The notes under the pieces: model-generated
What the model was told of the DNA's origin: nothing
The model's database searches: none
The model's input: the letters and a program-made list of their open reading frames with translations, nothing else
Shown here: positions 1 through 10,334 of the stretch, one piece after another
Position numbering within the stretch: position 1 is the first letter of the stretch
How the letters are laid out: each line of letters starts with the position of its first letter
Program-made: the position numbers and the translations under genes
DNA from: Nitrospirota bacterium
Lineage (GTDB): Bacteria > Nitrospirota > Thermodesulfovibrionia > Thermodesulfovibrionales > Dissulfurispiraceae
DNA: 64,000 nucleotides
Direction: 5' to 3'
NCBI GenBank assembly: GCA_963790025.1
Contig: CAWBMP010000004.1
Span: forward strand, 608,001-672,000

Positions 1-645
1 CGCCCCCAGTTCCCCGGCAAGCCTGAGCTTATCCTCGTCTATGTCTATGCCCAGCACTTTGCACCCATTGGCCTTAAGTATCTGGACGGTAAGCTGCCCT
101 ATCAGGCCGAGGCCCAAAACAGCTATCCTCTCACCCAGAGAGGGTGCGGCCTGCCTCACTCCCTGGAGTGCTATAGCCCCGACAGTTACGAAAGACGCCT
201 CCGTGTGGTCAAGGTTGTCCGGTATCTTCACAAACAGGTTTGCCGGAATAAAGTTAATCTCACTGTGGCTTGCATAGCCTGCGCCGCCGCATGCCACCCT
301 GTCACCGACGGAAACACCAGACATATGCGCACCGACCTCTATGATTTTACCGGAGCAGCTGTAACCTAAAGGAATGGGCGTGTCGAGCTTGTTAAACACC
401 TTTTCAAGGGTGTTCGTGACGCCTTCCTGCTTCATTTTACTGATGACCTGCTTTACCAGATCAGGGCGCGCCTTTGCCTTGCCGAGCAGTGACTTCTTCG
501 CGATATCGACAATCATTTTCTCCGTCCCTGCGGAGACAAGCGATGCGGCAGTAGAAATAAGAATTCCATCCTTGCCGCAGATAGGCGGGGGAACGTCAAA
601 AAGACCAAGTTCGCCGGTTTTATACGATTGAATAAGTTGTTTCAT
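1..645 (-). CDS. Bi-domain oxidoreductase (Zn-ADH/MDR-like N-terminus; polysaccharide-cluster type), runs off the window edge
   Basis: Manual translation from ATG at 645: MKQLIQSYKTGEL...SLVSAGTE...PLGYS...GDRVACGG...GLGLIG. Not in the ORF track because it is truncated. Confidence 0.85.
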   Translation of the reverse strand, partial: MKQLIQSYKTGELGLFDVPPPICGKDGILISTAASLVSAGTEKMIVDIAKKSLLGKAKARPDLVKQVISKMKQEGVTNTLEKVFNKLDTPIPLGYSCSGKIIEVGAHMSGVSVGDRVACGGAGYASHSEINFIPANLFVKIPDNLDHTEASFVTVGAIALQGVRQAAPSLGERIAVLGLGLIGQLTVQILKANGCKVLGIDIDEDKLRLAGELGA

Positions 646-654
646 ATGCAGCGC

Positions 655-1461
655 CTATTTAGTTGCCGTAATAAGCATGAATAAGCCGTGGCCCTTGAAA
701 AAAGTCCTGATAATCCATCTCGGCCAAACAAGTCTCGCTACTGAGAGAACAACCCCTTTATGCCGTTGACCGGCGTCTGAAGTCAAAAGATCGCCATGAG
801 TCAAAACCGTTGTTATCTTCACGTCTTCAAATTTGCTGAAAAGTTCTTGCGCTTCTTTTACCGAATAAGCCTTTGTTCCCGGGCTTTCAAGATATTTACT
901 GTAAATGCTGTTCAAAGTGGCCTTCAGGTCCAGTCTTACAAGAGCATATCTTATCCAAAGCATGTATCCGACGAAACTGTACTTGTGGTAAATCATTATC
1001 TTTGCTTCCCCTCCGGGTTTTAAAACGCGAAACACTTCATCCAGAGACTTTCTTGTGTTTGGCGTGTGATGTAAAACGCCCCAGGAAAAGACAAGATCGA
1101 AAGTCCCGTCCTCAAAGGGCAGTTCTTCAGCATCTCCAACCTGCAGTGACGATGATAAACCAAAAGTTTCCAAACGCTTCACGGTATGATTTATGGCCCG
1201 CTCAGTCAGATCAATTCCATAAAGCATTGCATCGGCTTCAGCAAATTGCTGATGGTCTGCACCTAACCCAACTCCTATTTCCAAAACCTTTTTATTCCTG
1301 TACCGTGGAAATTCAGCGAAATCCATGATAAACGGTTCAAGTTTATAGCGCATTTCAGATTGCCTGAGGTAGTCCTCTCTGTTATGCCCCTTCAAATATA
1401 GGGCTTCACCGCAAGAAGCGTCCTCCCAATAATCATGTACGGCCTGCTTGTTGGTATCCAT
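655..1461 (-). CDS. Class I SAM-dependent methyltransferase
   Basis: VLEIGVGLG motif I, GDAEELPF, VLKPGG. Start set at MDTNK (1461), overlapping the asnB stop. Confidence 0.9.
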   Translation of the reverse strand: MDTNKQAVHDYWEDASCGEALYLKGHNREDYLRQSEMRYKLEPFIMDFAEFPRYRNKKVLEIGVGLGADHQQFAEADAMLYGIDLTERAINHTVKRLETFGLSSSLQVGDAEELPFEDGTFDLVFSWGVLHHTPNTRKSLDEVFRVLKPGGEAKIMIYHKYSFVGYMLWIRYALVRLDLKATLNSIYSKYLESPGTKAYSVKEAQELFSKFEDVKITTVLTHGDLLTSDAGQRHKGVVLSVARLVWPRWIIRTFFKGHGLFMLITATK

Positions 1462-3380
1462 CAATAACTCCTTAACTGTCTGTCCAAAAATAATCTGCAC
1501 CACAATTCAATACAAACCAGGGAAAAAATTGTATAACTTCCGTCTAATCTGCCGCTCTCATCCGACCTGACAAGTCGACTCACACCCTCGGGATCGAACA
1601 GGCCCCTCTTCTTTAAGGATGCAGACGAAAGTGCATCATCGATTACCGGGCGAAGTTCATGTTTTATCCACCTGCGCAATGGCGCGCCAAAACCGGTTTT
1701 CGGACGATAAATGACGCTGCCGGGAAGAAATGGTTCCATGGCCTTCTTAAAAATCCACTTACCGACTCTGCCTCTTTGTTTAAATCTGACGGGCAAACGT
1801 GCAGCAAGGGCCATCAAGTCAGGGTCGAGTAGAGGCACTCTGACCTCCACGCCGTTAGCCATGCTCATTTTATCGGTATAGTTAAGGTTATGATCGGCAA
1901 GAAAGTGTTTTCCTTCAAGATAAAGCATACGGTTGATTGGCGCCACATTACGGTCGAGATTCGCCAGCGATTCGAGCAGCGGAACAGATGCAGAGACGGA
2001 ACCAGCCGATTGCCTCATCTCCGGTCCGTACAAATCCAACATGGCTTCAGGCTTGGTCCAGAAAAAATAACTTATGAGACGCTCGTCGCCATCCAGGTTG
2101 GCATACTGAAAGGCCTTTGAAATTCTGCGCAGCGATGGGTTAGATGCGGGGACATTCGCTGCTATGGAACTCAGACAACAACGTGCATTCTTAGGCATCC
2201 ACGTCCAAAATTTCTCTTGCATCAAAGCATAATGGCGGCGGTACCCGGTAAAGATATCATCTCCACCAGCGCCCGAGAGGAGGACTTTGATGCCATGCTC
2301 ACGGGCCAACTTGCTTATCAACAGCGCATTTATAGGCGCCGGATCTGCCTGGGGTTCATCAAGATGATAGATCATTTTCTCCAGACACATTGCCATGTCT
2401 GTAGAATCAACATAGATTGTATTGAGTTCAACTCCTAGGTGTTCAGCCACCGCCTTTGCGTAAGGCAAATCATCAATCATTCCTTCTTCACGCGATGCTT
2501 TATCTTTAAATCCTATAGTAAAGCACTGCAGCTTCCGGCCATCCGTTATCTCGCGTGCAAATGCCACTACTGCGCTTGAATCAAGACCTCCCGACAGGAA
2601 AGCTCCGACCGGAACATCCGCTACCATCTGTCTTCTGACTGCCTGCCGTATATGGTCTCTTACACAAGTCTTTGCATCCTCCACCGATATATTTTCAATA
2701 GCCTGATCATACGGCAGGTCATAAAATTGCCAATGCCTTTGAATCCTCCCCTTTTTGACAACCACCCCGCCACCCGGTTTCAACTTTTTGACGGACTTCA
2801 GCATTGTATGTGGAGCAGGGGCCCAAAGATACGTTAAATAGTAGTGGACAGCCTGGGTATTTATGGTCCTGTCAACACTGGGTTCCTGCAGAAGGGCCTT
2901 TAATTCACTGGCAAAGAGAAAACCTTTTGGGGTCTCGGCATAGTAAAGCGGCTTTACTCCGACACCGTCCCTTGCGATAAAGAGAGATTCGGTGCGTGTG
3001 TCCCATAAAGCAAAAGAAAATATTCCGTTAAGCAGCCTAAGCATGTCGGTCCCGTCACGAAGATAGAGATTAAGCAGGATTTCCGTATCGGAATGACTTT
3101 TAAAAACAAAACCTTCTTTAAGCAACTCTTCACGCAATTCGCGATAATTGTAAATCTCACCATTAAAAACAATAACAACTTTTTTTGTGCCATCCCACAT
3201 CGGCTGGTGACCGAGAGGAGAGAGATCTATGATGGAAAGCCTTCGATGAGCAAGTCCTATCCCCTTATTGCCGACCCAGTAGATGCCGGAGTCATCAGGG
3301 CCCCGGTGAGCAATCAATGATCCCATTCTCTCTAAAAGAGACTGGTCAAAATTTCCCGAAAATCCGGCTATTCCACACAT
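1461..3380 (-). CDS. asnB: Asparagine synthase (glutamine-hydrolysing)-like amidotransferase
   Basis: MCGIAG N-terminus, HRGPD, HRRLSIID, FNGEIYN, LSGGLDSS. Confidence 0.95.
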   Translation of the reverse strand: MCGIAGFSGNFDQSLLERMGSLIAHRGPDDSGIYWVGNKGIGLAHRRLSIIDLSPLGHQPMWDGTKKVVIVFNGEIYNYRELREELLKEGFVFKSHSDTEILLNLYLRDGTDMLRLLNGIFSFALWDTRTESLFIARDGVGVKPLYYAETPKGFLFASELKALLQEPSVDRTINTQAVHYYLTYLWAPAPHTMLKSVKKLKPGGGVVVKKGRIQRHWQFYDLPYDQAIENISVEDAKTCVRDHIRQAVRRQMVADVPVGAFLSGGLDSSAVVAFAREITDGRKLQCFTIGFKDKASREEGMIDDLPYAKAVAEHLGVELNTIYVDSTDMAMCLEKMIYHLDEPQADPAPINALLISKLAREHGIKVLLSGAGGDDIFTGYRRHYALMQEKFWTWMPKNARCCLSSIAANVPASNPSLRRISKAFQYANLDGDERLISYFFWTKPEAMLDLYGPEMRQSAGSVSASVPLLESLANLDRNVAPINRMLYLEGKHFLADHNLNYTDKMSMANGVEVRVPLLDPDLMALAARLPVRFKQRGRVGKWIFKKAMEPFLPGSVIYRPKTGFGAPLRRWIKHELRPVIDDALSSASLKKRGLFDPEGVSRLVRSDESGRLDGSYTIFSLVCIELWCRLFLDRQLRSY

Positions 3381-3420
3381 GGCGTCAGATTAATATGGTA
3401 ACAGGCAATGCATGTATTTG

Positions 3421-4266
3421 TTATCCCTTCGTATGCTCATCCCTTCTCATTTCAAGATACTTCATGTCTATGAGCAGCTGCAGCCAAAGTGCCTGGAGGA
3501 AGTGGTAAATAAAAGCCTCTCTCCCGTCTAAAAAACCGCCTTGCAGCACATAGCGATACAGGAAATAAAAAAATGGCCTGATCAGCGGAGGCATACGGTT
3601 CCAAAACTTATGCCTAAGCCAGCGTTTGCGTTGCGCCTGGGTGCCAAACAGCCGGGCATCGACTTCCTGATATCCCAGACCGTGTTTATTGATAAGCTCC
3701 AATGCTTCCAAAGTTGCATAGCTGTTATGCCTGGAGATCCAGGCGGTGAGGCCCTTCCTGTCCTCGTGTATGAAATCATTTTTCAGATGACCGACCGTGC
3801 CCTCAACGAGAAAATGCTCGTTTACCGGGCGGTCTTCACACCGTGCCTTGCCATATCTGAATAACCGGAGTATCCAGGTAGGGTAATACCCCTTCCTGAT
3901 CCAGCGTCCCATCCAGATCAATCTCCTTTTTATGTAAAAGCCGTTCTCCTGCGGGTCAGATTTTATGACTTCGCTGATTTCGCGTTTCAGCTCATCCGTC
4001 ACCCACTCATCGGCATCCAGGAAAAAAACCCACTCGCTTTTGATGGGCAGGTGACACAGGGCGTAATTGCGTTGCTTCGCGTAGCTTTCAAATTTATTCA
4101 CCGCAATATGAGCGCCGTACTTGCGGGCAATCTCCAGTGTGCGGTCAGTGCTCAAGGAATCGAGGATAAAGATTTCGTCAGCCCAACCTGCTATCGATGC
4201 AAGTGCCTGCTCCAGATTTAGCTCTTCGTTAAACGTCAGGATGACGACAGCCACCGATCCGCTCAT
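3421..4266 (-). CDS. Glycosyltransferase family 2
   Basis: ILTFNEE, DSLSTD, LDADE motifs. Confidence 0.9.
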   Translation of the reverse strand: MSGSVAVVILTFNEELNLEQALASIAGWADEIFILDSLSTDRTLEIARKYGAHIAVNKFESYAKQRNYALCHLPIKSEWVFFLDADEWVTDELKREISEVIKSDPQENGFYIKRRLIWMGRWIRKGYYPTWILRLFRYGKARCEDRPVNEHFLVEGTVGHLKNDFIHEDRKGLTAWISRHNSYATLEALELINKHGLGYQEVDARLFGTQAQRKRWLRHKFWNRMPPLIRPFFYFLYRYVLQGGFLDGREAFIYHFLQALWLQLLIDMKYLEMRRDEHTKG

Positions 4267-5756
4267 GTCCGCTCCTCGTCACTAATCGCATCACAGTAAT
4301 GCTCACACATAGCGAGCAACGTCAAAACAGGATTCGCAATTCCAGGTCTTTTAAAAACAGCAGTGCTGATGATGGCCATATTCCCTGTCCCCCAAAACCG
4401 GAAATTATGGTCGACAACTCCTTCTCCCGGAGCACTTGCTACCTCCAGACCTCCGCCCAGATGGTAGGCATCAACCGCATGTGCTTTCAGAAATGCGCTC
4501 AACCGGTCCGAAGGGGCAGGCTCTGCCATAACATACGTTTGAGGGCCGAACTCGGCAAGTAACCGCTCGATTAATCGGCTGCTGCTTTCGAGCAATCCGC
4601 CGAATGAGTTCACATCTTGATCCCTGACGTCCCAGTCAAAAAAGACCTTTCCGTCACTGCTGCGTAGTTGATTGCGTTCGGACGGAAACGATTCAAAGTC
4701 TAAAGTGACCGTAATCTGCATATCGTCCGGAACGAACAGTTCCTGTTTAACTACTCGATAATACGCCAGCCTGAGGAAGTCAATCCCATGCACTGCCATA
4801 CGGGCAATATGCCGCATATTTGCGCCGGCCCGTTGCCCCTGCTGTCTGGCATAAAGTATATTTTTTATCGTCGCATAGGGTTCCACAGAGTCATAGGCGG
4901 CTTGAAAATGAACAAACCCCTGTGTCCCCATGGAATCGTCAGAGCGTATTTCTATGCGGCGCCCTATCAGCAAGCCGCCTTGAAATCTCGGGGGGAAGAA
5001 TGCGTCGAACGGAGTATGCCTTTTCCAGGCGAGCCGAGCTATCGGGACTGACCAATGATCGTGAAGAAAACGTCCGACACGCTCATGGCACGCTACCCTC
5101 TGTAACAGGTGTCTCATTACAAAAAGGTTGCTGTCGACGGCTCCCATCGTGACCACGAATTTCCTGGCTGCCAAAACCACCTGTGAGCCATCCGCCAGAA
5201 GGACGGTAATCGACCTGACGTTCTCATTATCAAAATCGACAGAACAGACCTCTGCTTCGCAGAACAGCCTTAACCCGGTGTGCTTTTTAGTTATTGCGGA
5301 AATATCGCGCCACAAACCTCTCCTGCTTCCTGGAAGAACGGCCAGCTCAGAAGTCACGCCGTGCACAAAATTGCCTTCACCCTCTGCAGCCCTGCGAAAA
5401 GAGTGAATATTCAATCTGCGCTCAGCCGCTTCATAATATTTGTCGTATCTAAAAACGTTCTCGTCGTCCGGAGCCAAACCGAAAATACCGCGAATGCTCT
5501 CATAATTATTTCTGATCAGTCCCCCGCCCCAATATGCGGAATTTCCGGTCAATACATGGTTGCGGGCCTTTATTGCCCCGACGTTCGCACGCTCAGAGAA
5601 AAAAAGCGCAGGAACAGCCTCTTTTTGTTTTTTATGCTGGGCAGGGCCTATTTCAACTAATGCAACAGAACGGCCTGATTCCAACAATTTACGGGCAAGC
5701 CATATACCTACGATCCCAGCGCCAAGGATGACGTGATCAAATTCCGGCCTGTTCAC
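4263..5756 (-). CDS. GMC-family FAD oxidoreductase-like protein
   Basis: GAGIVG FAD motif, GRFLHDH, YHLGG...GVVD...NPVLT C-terminal GMC motifs. Confidence 0.75.
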   Translation of the reverse strand: MNRPEFDHVILGAGIVGIWLARKLLESGRSVALVEIGPAQHKKQKEAVPALFFSERANVGAIKARNHVLTGNSAYWGGGLIRNNYESIRGIFGLAPDDENVFRYDKYYEAAERRLNIHSFRRAAEGEGNFVHGVTSELAVLPGSRRGLWRDISAITKKHTGLRLFCEAEVCSVDFDNENVRSITVLLADGSQVVLAARKFVVTMGAVDSNLFVMRHLLQRVACHERVGRFLHDHWSVPIARLAWKRHTPFDAFFPPRFQGGLLIGRRIEIRSDDSMGTQGFVHFQAAYDSVEPYATIKNILYARQQGQRAGANMRHIARMAVHGIDFLRLAYYRVVKQELFVPDDMQITVTLDFESFPSERNQLRSSDGKVFFDWDVRDQDVNSFGGLLESSSRLIERLLAEFGPQTYVMAEPAPSDRLSAFLKAHAVDAYHLGGGLEVASAPGEGVVDHNFRFWGTGNMAIISTAVFKRPGIANPVLTLLAMCEHYCDAISDEERT

Positions 5757-6519
5757 AAAAAAGATCCCTAAATGTCGTTACTGTATTGATACTTTTGGTT
5801 GAGACAATAACTCTCGCGTTCTGGTGCCGGTCAAGAGTTTCCTTTACAAATAATGCAAATTCACCAGGATAAGAAAGATGGCGATATGCAGCATACGTTT
5901 CGTACAGGACCACCTTGCCGCTCTGTTTCAATTGCGTATTGTTTATCCAGTCCATGAATCGTGTCTGGATAACGTCGAACGAAGCGATCGAGGGGAAATT
6001 ACAAATGGCCCTCAGGGGACCGGCAATCCCCAGCGCCCTGATTTTCCCTTTCGCTTTCATGACATTGCCAAAAGCGACGATGTCTTCCATAAGGACTTGT
6101 GTGCATGGTAGAACAGGCTCATGAATAAAAAAATTGTCGATATAGTCAGTAGACAGGCGGTGAAGAGATTGATCAAGGCTTCTTTCAAATTCTTTTATCG
6201 AAAAGTCCCTGACCCGATACGCGCGCGCAGACCGCCCTGCCAGCTTGTCGAAGAGACGCGCTACCGGAAACAAATAACGTGCAGTCGGTCCGTACATAGG
6301 AACGGAAATGCCATACTTGGTATTTATGTCGCAGAGATGTCTTTTCCCGCGGAGCGCAATCCCTATTTCTACTTCATTGACCCCATTGCCATAAGCAGGC
6401 GCTGCATCAAATGCCCTGAACCCGACATCTAATACAGCAGAAAGAAGCCTCTGCCGCTCACCCGAGGTGAATAAACGGTGCAGACTTCCGACGCCAAAGA
6501 TAATACGATTGCTCCCCAT
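5737..6519 (-). CDS. Aldo/keto reductase family protein
   Basis: FDAAPAYGNG, TKYG, SLHRLSTDYIDNFFIH. Confidence 0.85.
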   Translation of the reverse strand: MGSNRIIFGVGSLHRLFTSGERQRLLSAVLDVGFRAFDAAPAYGNGVNEVEIGIALRGKRHLCDINTKYGISVPMYGPTARYLFPVARLFDKLAGRSARAYRVRDFSIKEFERSLDQSLHRLSTDYIDNFFIHEPVLPCTQVLMEDIVAFGNVMKAKGKIRALGIAGPLRAICNFPSIASFDVIQTRFMDWINNTQLKQSGKVVLYETYAAYRHLSYPGEFALFVKETLDRHQNARVIVSTKSINTVTTFRDLFCEQAGI

Positions 6520-7682
6520 TAATCACTTATCACCAGTTCCGGCGCAGTGCCCCCACTGATTAACCATCGGTATGTTTTATCCATCATCGCTCCCACCCGC
6601 GTCCAGGAATACTCCCGAATCATCCACTCGCGGCCTTTGGCCCCGCGCTGCGCAAGAGTCGATGGGGACTCCTCCATCGCTTCTTCAAGACACGCAACGA
6701 TAGCATCGACACTAATGTCGATCCACCAGCCTGCCCCATGTGTCTCAAGTCCCTGCCAGGGTGCGCCTTTGGTAACAATGGCGGGAGTTCCTGATGCCAG
6801 AGATTCTGCCACCGTCAAGCCGAAATTTTCGGAGCAGGTCGGTAAAACAAACAAATCAGCTTCCTGATAAGCCCTCAACTTGTCTGCCCCCCTTAGCTCG
6901 CCTACAAATAAAATGCGCGTCAGAACAAGTTGCTTTGCCAGCGCTTGCATCTCAGCAAGGTAACCACTTCTGACAGAATAGGTGTCATCGCTCCCCGCAA
7001 CGAGCAGTCGCCACTCGGGAAAACGCCCCTGCACTACCCGCCAGGCCGGCAATAGCATATCGAGGCCTTTTTTGGGGTGAATGCGTCCCAGGAAAAGCAG
7101 CGTCCGCAAGTTGCCAATTGGTTTGGGCTTCAGATCAGGCACATCGATACCGTTCGGAATTACCGCCACCGGCTGCCGGAAACCCATGCGGCGGATGTCC
7201 TCGTATTCCGCTTCCGCCGTGGCATGAAAGCATGCAGTCGGATCCAGCGCCGGTTTTTGCAGCAAGTGCCAGAATGGCTTCTTGGCCCTGGAACCATGCT
7301 GCATAGCCCATCCTGATAAAGCACCCCGTGGTGAAACAATAAGCTTCGTATTGCTCTTGCGAGCGGCCCAACCCGGATAGACTGCATTCATTTGCCACAT
7401 GCCATGGCTATGCAATATACTCACGTTCCCTGATTGAGCTTGCTCATGCAACCACCGATTCATTAACGGCGAACGCCCGAGCCTGCGCGGCCCCACTCCC
7501 AAAGGAAAGGTCTTCAGAAACGGTGGCGGCGATGGCATAGGCGCCCAATCCAGCGCGGCAAGCGTCACTGCCTGCCCCTTAGCAATGAGAGATTCGCAAA
7601 GACGCACGACCGAATAGGAAGGCCCGCTGGCTTCTTCTGAGATGGCTGGTACAATATGAATACAGCGAATCATTTTTTCCAC
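6519..7682 (-). CDS. Glycosyltransferase family 4
   Basis: FLGRIHPKKG, ENFGLTVAES. Confidence 0.9.
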   Translation of the reverse strand: MEKMIRCIHIVPAISEEASGPSYSVVRLCESLIAKGQAVTLAALDWAPMPSPPPFLKTFPLGVGPRRLGRSPLMNRWLHEQAQSGNVSILHSHGMWQMNAVYPGWAARKSNTKLIVSPRGALSGWAMQHGSRAKKPFWHLLQKPALDPTACFHATAEAEYEDIRRMGFRQPVAVIPNGIDVPDLKPKPIGNLRTLLFLGRIHPKKGLDMLLPAWRVVQGRFPEWRLLVAGSDDTYSVRSGYLAEMQALAKQLVLTRILFVGELRGADKLRAYQEADLFVLPTCSENFGLTVAESLASGTPAIVTKGAPWQGLETHGAGWWIDISVDAIVACLEEAMEESPSTLAQRGAKGREWMIREYSWTRVGAMMDKTYRWLISGGTAPELVISD

Positions 7683-7724
7683 ATTAGACTGACAATTTAA
7701 GCTGCAGGGAAAATATTGCCGACT

Positions 7725-9170
7725 TCAGGAAGGCCTTCCGGAAACTAATTTGACCATAATATACAGGAAGATCATTAAGGGGATTGAATTGAAAGTTGTA
7801 GCCACTAACCAATCATCAACCCGATAGCCGACCATCATCATCAGGAGGGCCACTGGAATGAATTGATAGTTGCCGGTTGAAACCATATTGCTGTTGAATT
7901 GCGTATACGCCGCCAGCAACATCCCAACATATACGCTCATGGCCATAACACCAAACCAGCCAAGGTTCCAGTAAGCCTCGCCAAAAAAACCGGCGCCGGT
8001 ACCACCGCCGATTGCCTCCCCTCTGACGAGCTCTGTAAAAATAGATCCTAGAGTGATAACAGGTTTATCAGGATAGATTAATCGCGGCACGAATGCCCAT
8101 AAGGCCGTATTAAATGAGTGGCCCGGTGTTCCGGCATCGTAGGAGTCCATAGCAAACGACTGAGCCGCCGTACACGAAATTCTTCTCAAGGTCCCCTGGT
8201 TACCCTCCTCAGCTTCTTTAATATCTGCAATGGCATCAGAATCGGACGCCGCTTTTATCACCCTGTCCAGGCTGACGGTCGCGGTATTAGCTGATTCGTC
8301 CGTCCACAGCAGAATCCTGCCGTAAGTGGTCACCATGCTGAGGACTGGAAACGTTATCAAAACCACGCAGGCCGCTATTGTTAATTTTCTGATTGATGGG
8401 CGAACAACAAAAGCTCCCAAAAACAACATCATCACAAATTGGAGAATATTCTGCTTCATTAAGCTGGCAAAAGCCATATAGCCCACAAAACCTGTCATCA
8501 ACAATAGCGGGACCTTGATTTCCCGTAAACCACGAGCGTAGAGCAGGGAGTAAAGAAATAAACTTGCTAAAGAACATTGTGCAAGGTTATAGAAAACACC
8601 CGGCATCAAAAAGTCTTGACCTAATGCCATCCTAAGGCCGTAGGTGAGCAATGAAAATATAACGCCGATGCCGGCAAAGAAATGAGCTGCTCTTTTCAGC
8701 GTGTCTTCGTTACCAGTACTTTTGAAAGGCTTTAGAAGTGATGAAGACATCCCAATTGAGAAGAAAAATAATATCGATGCAATGCTGATGACATTAAGCA
8801 GGTTTGTCCGCCACAACGCCAGATCACTGACGTAATAAAACTCGTGAGTCATTTCAAGAGACACGTAATTTCCATAAACATATAACAATGGCCCGACACC
8901 ATAATACACTGTACAGGCAAGCAGAAACCACGTTATCGGCATAAGAACAACCTGAGACAAATCAGCGCGTCTGAAGCTGAAGATCACTCCCAGGCAGATT
9001 CCTCCCAAAACCAGAGGAAACCAGGTATTGACAAACTGCTGGTCAAACAGGAAATAGAACGGGATGAAGACAACCATTAAAATAGATGCCTTCAGTGTGG
9101 AGCTGATGATACTCTCTGCTTTGAAGGCCTTCTCCGCAGACACAATTCGGTTCTCTGGATATTGCTTCAC
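7725..9170 (-). CDS. Polytopic membrane protein, probable polysaccharide polymerase (Wzy-like)
   Basis: About 10-12 hydrophobic segments, large late loop, PRLIYPDKP and GEAYWNLG motifs, cluster context. Confidence 0.6.
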   Translation of the reverse strand: MKQYPENRIVSAEKAFKAESIISSTLKASILMVVFIPFYFLFDQQFVNTWFPLVLGGICLGVIFSFRRADLSQVVLMPITWFLLACTVYYGVGPLLYVYGNYVSLEMTHEFYYVSDLALWRTNLLNVISIASILFFFSIGMSSSLLKPFKSTGNEDTLKRAAHFFAGIGVIFSLLTYGLRMALGQDFLMPGVFYNLAQCSLASLFLYSLLYARGLREIKVPLLLMTGFVGYMAFASLMKQNILQFVMMLFLGAFVVRPSIRKLTIAACVVLITFPVLSMVTTYGRILLWTDESANTATVSLDRVIKAASDSDAIADIKEAEEGNQGTLRRISCTAAQSFAMDSYDAGTPGHSFNTALWAFVPRLIYPDKPVITLGSIFTELVRGEAIGGGTGAGFFGEAYWNLGWFGVMAMSVYVGMLLAAYTQFNSNMVSTGNYQFIPVALLMMMVGYRVDDWLVATTFNSIPLMIFLYIMVKLVSGRPS

Positions 9171-10333
9171 AATAGAAATCCCTCCCGAAATCGATGCTTA
9201 AATTTCTCATGACGCTTATTGTAGGCTTCAAAGGCCCGGTGACCATGGGAGCCTAAGCTCAGTACGGTTTTTGCTCTGTCCAGTGCCGCCGCCGCCATCT
9301 GATCGCGAATATCTGGATTCTCATAAAGGAACAGAATTTTTTCACGGATAGCTCCGGGATCACGGATGGGAACAATGAAGCCCTCCCTGCCATCCGAAAA
9401 AACATCCTCAGCACCACAATTCGTGGTGGCAATGACGGGGACACCACATGCCATGGCTTCAGTAATCGCTTTGGCGAATCCGTCCTCGATAGTAGGGAGC
9501 ACAAAAACCGAAGCCTGGGAATACAACTTGTACAATTGGCCAAACGGCCTGGTGCCCACTGAGCGGATACAATCGGAGTATGGCAAGATAAGATTTTTAA
9601 TTTCCTCCGAAACATGCCCATTAAAAACGAATTCAAAGTTATTGAGTCTGACGCCTTTCAGGGCCTCCAGCAGGTAGAGACTGCCTTTGCGAAGAGAAAA
9701 AGTCCCGGCATAGAGCACCCGGAATATCTTGTCTTCCTTTGGGACCGGATAGAACATCTGCAAGTCAACCCCGAGGGGAAGTTTAATCAATTTTTGTGCC
9801 GTAATACCACGCTCAATAAATGTTCGCTCAGCAAAACTTGACTGCACAGTGATGTAATCACACTCATGGTACTCGCACAGTTCCTTTTCAATCACCCGCG
9901 GATCGATGCCGGGATAGGGGACGCCCCAACGCTCATGTTCCTCGCGCAAGATTTCATTCTGAAACATGATATGACTGGATCCCCGCTCGACAACGGTCAT
10001 CGCACCGTACTTATCACGCGATGCCTGATGGGCTTTTCGGCCAAAACCCGAGAAACAGTGAAAAATGTCACAAGGTGTCATATTTGAAGCCACCCAGTGA
10101 TCAAATAACTCAATAGATGGCCAGTTCAAATATCTTCCCAACCAATGCATCCCAACTTTTGTGACAACATAAGGCGCTGCAGAGATTGGATTACTTCGAA
10201 GATGTTTTTTTGAGATACCATAAGCCCTAAAAGCCGGGAGGTTAGTATATAACAATCCAAGATGACCCAGTTCCTCCATCTCCCGAGCAAGAAAATGTCC
10301 AAAATAACCAAATGATGCTATATTAATAAGCAT
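9167..10333 (-). CDS. Glycosyltransferase family 4
   Basis: RKG, EDGFAKAITEAMACGVPVI. Confidence 0.9.
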   Translation of the reverse strand: MLINIASFGYFGHFLAREMEELGHLGLLYTNLPAFRAYGISKKHLRSNPISAAPYVVTKVGMHWLGRYLNWPSIELFDHWVASNMTPCDIFHCFSGFGRKAHQASRDKYGAMTVVERGSSHIMFQNEILREEHERWGVPYPGIDPRVIEKELCEYHECDYITVQSSFAERTFIERGITAQKLIKLPLGVDLQMFYPVPKEDKIFRVLYAGTFSLRKGSLYLLEALKGVRLNNFEFVFNGHVSEEIKNLILPYSDCIRSVGTRPFGQLYKLYSQASVFVLPTIEDGFAKAITEAMACGVPVIATTNCGAEDVFSDGREGFIVPIRDPGAIREKILFLYENPDIRDQMAAAALDRAKTVLSLGSHGHRAFEAYNKRHEKFKHRFREGFLL

Positions 10334-10334
10334 G

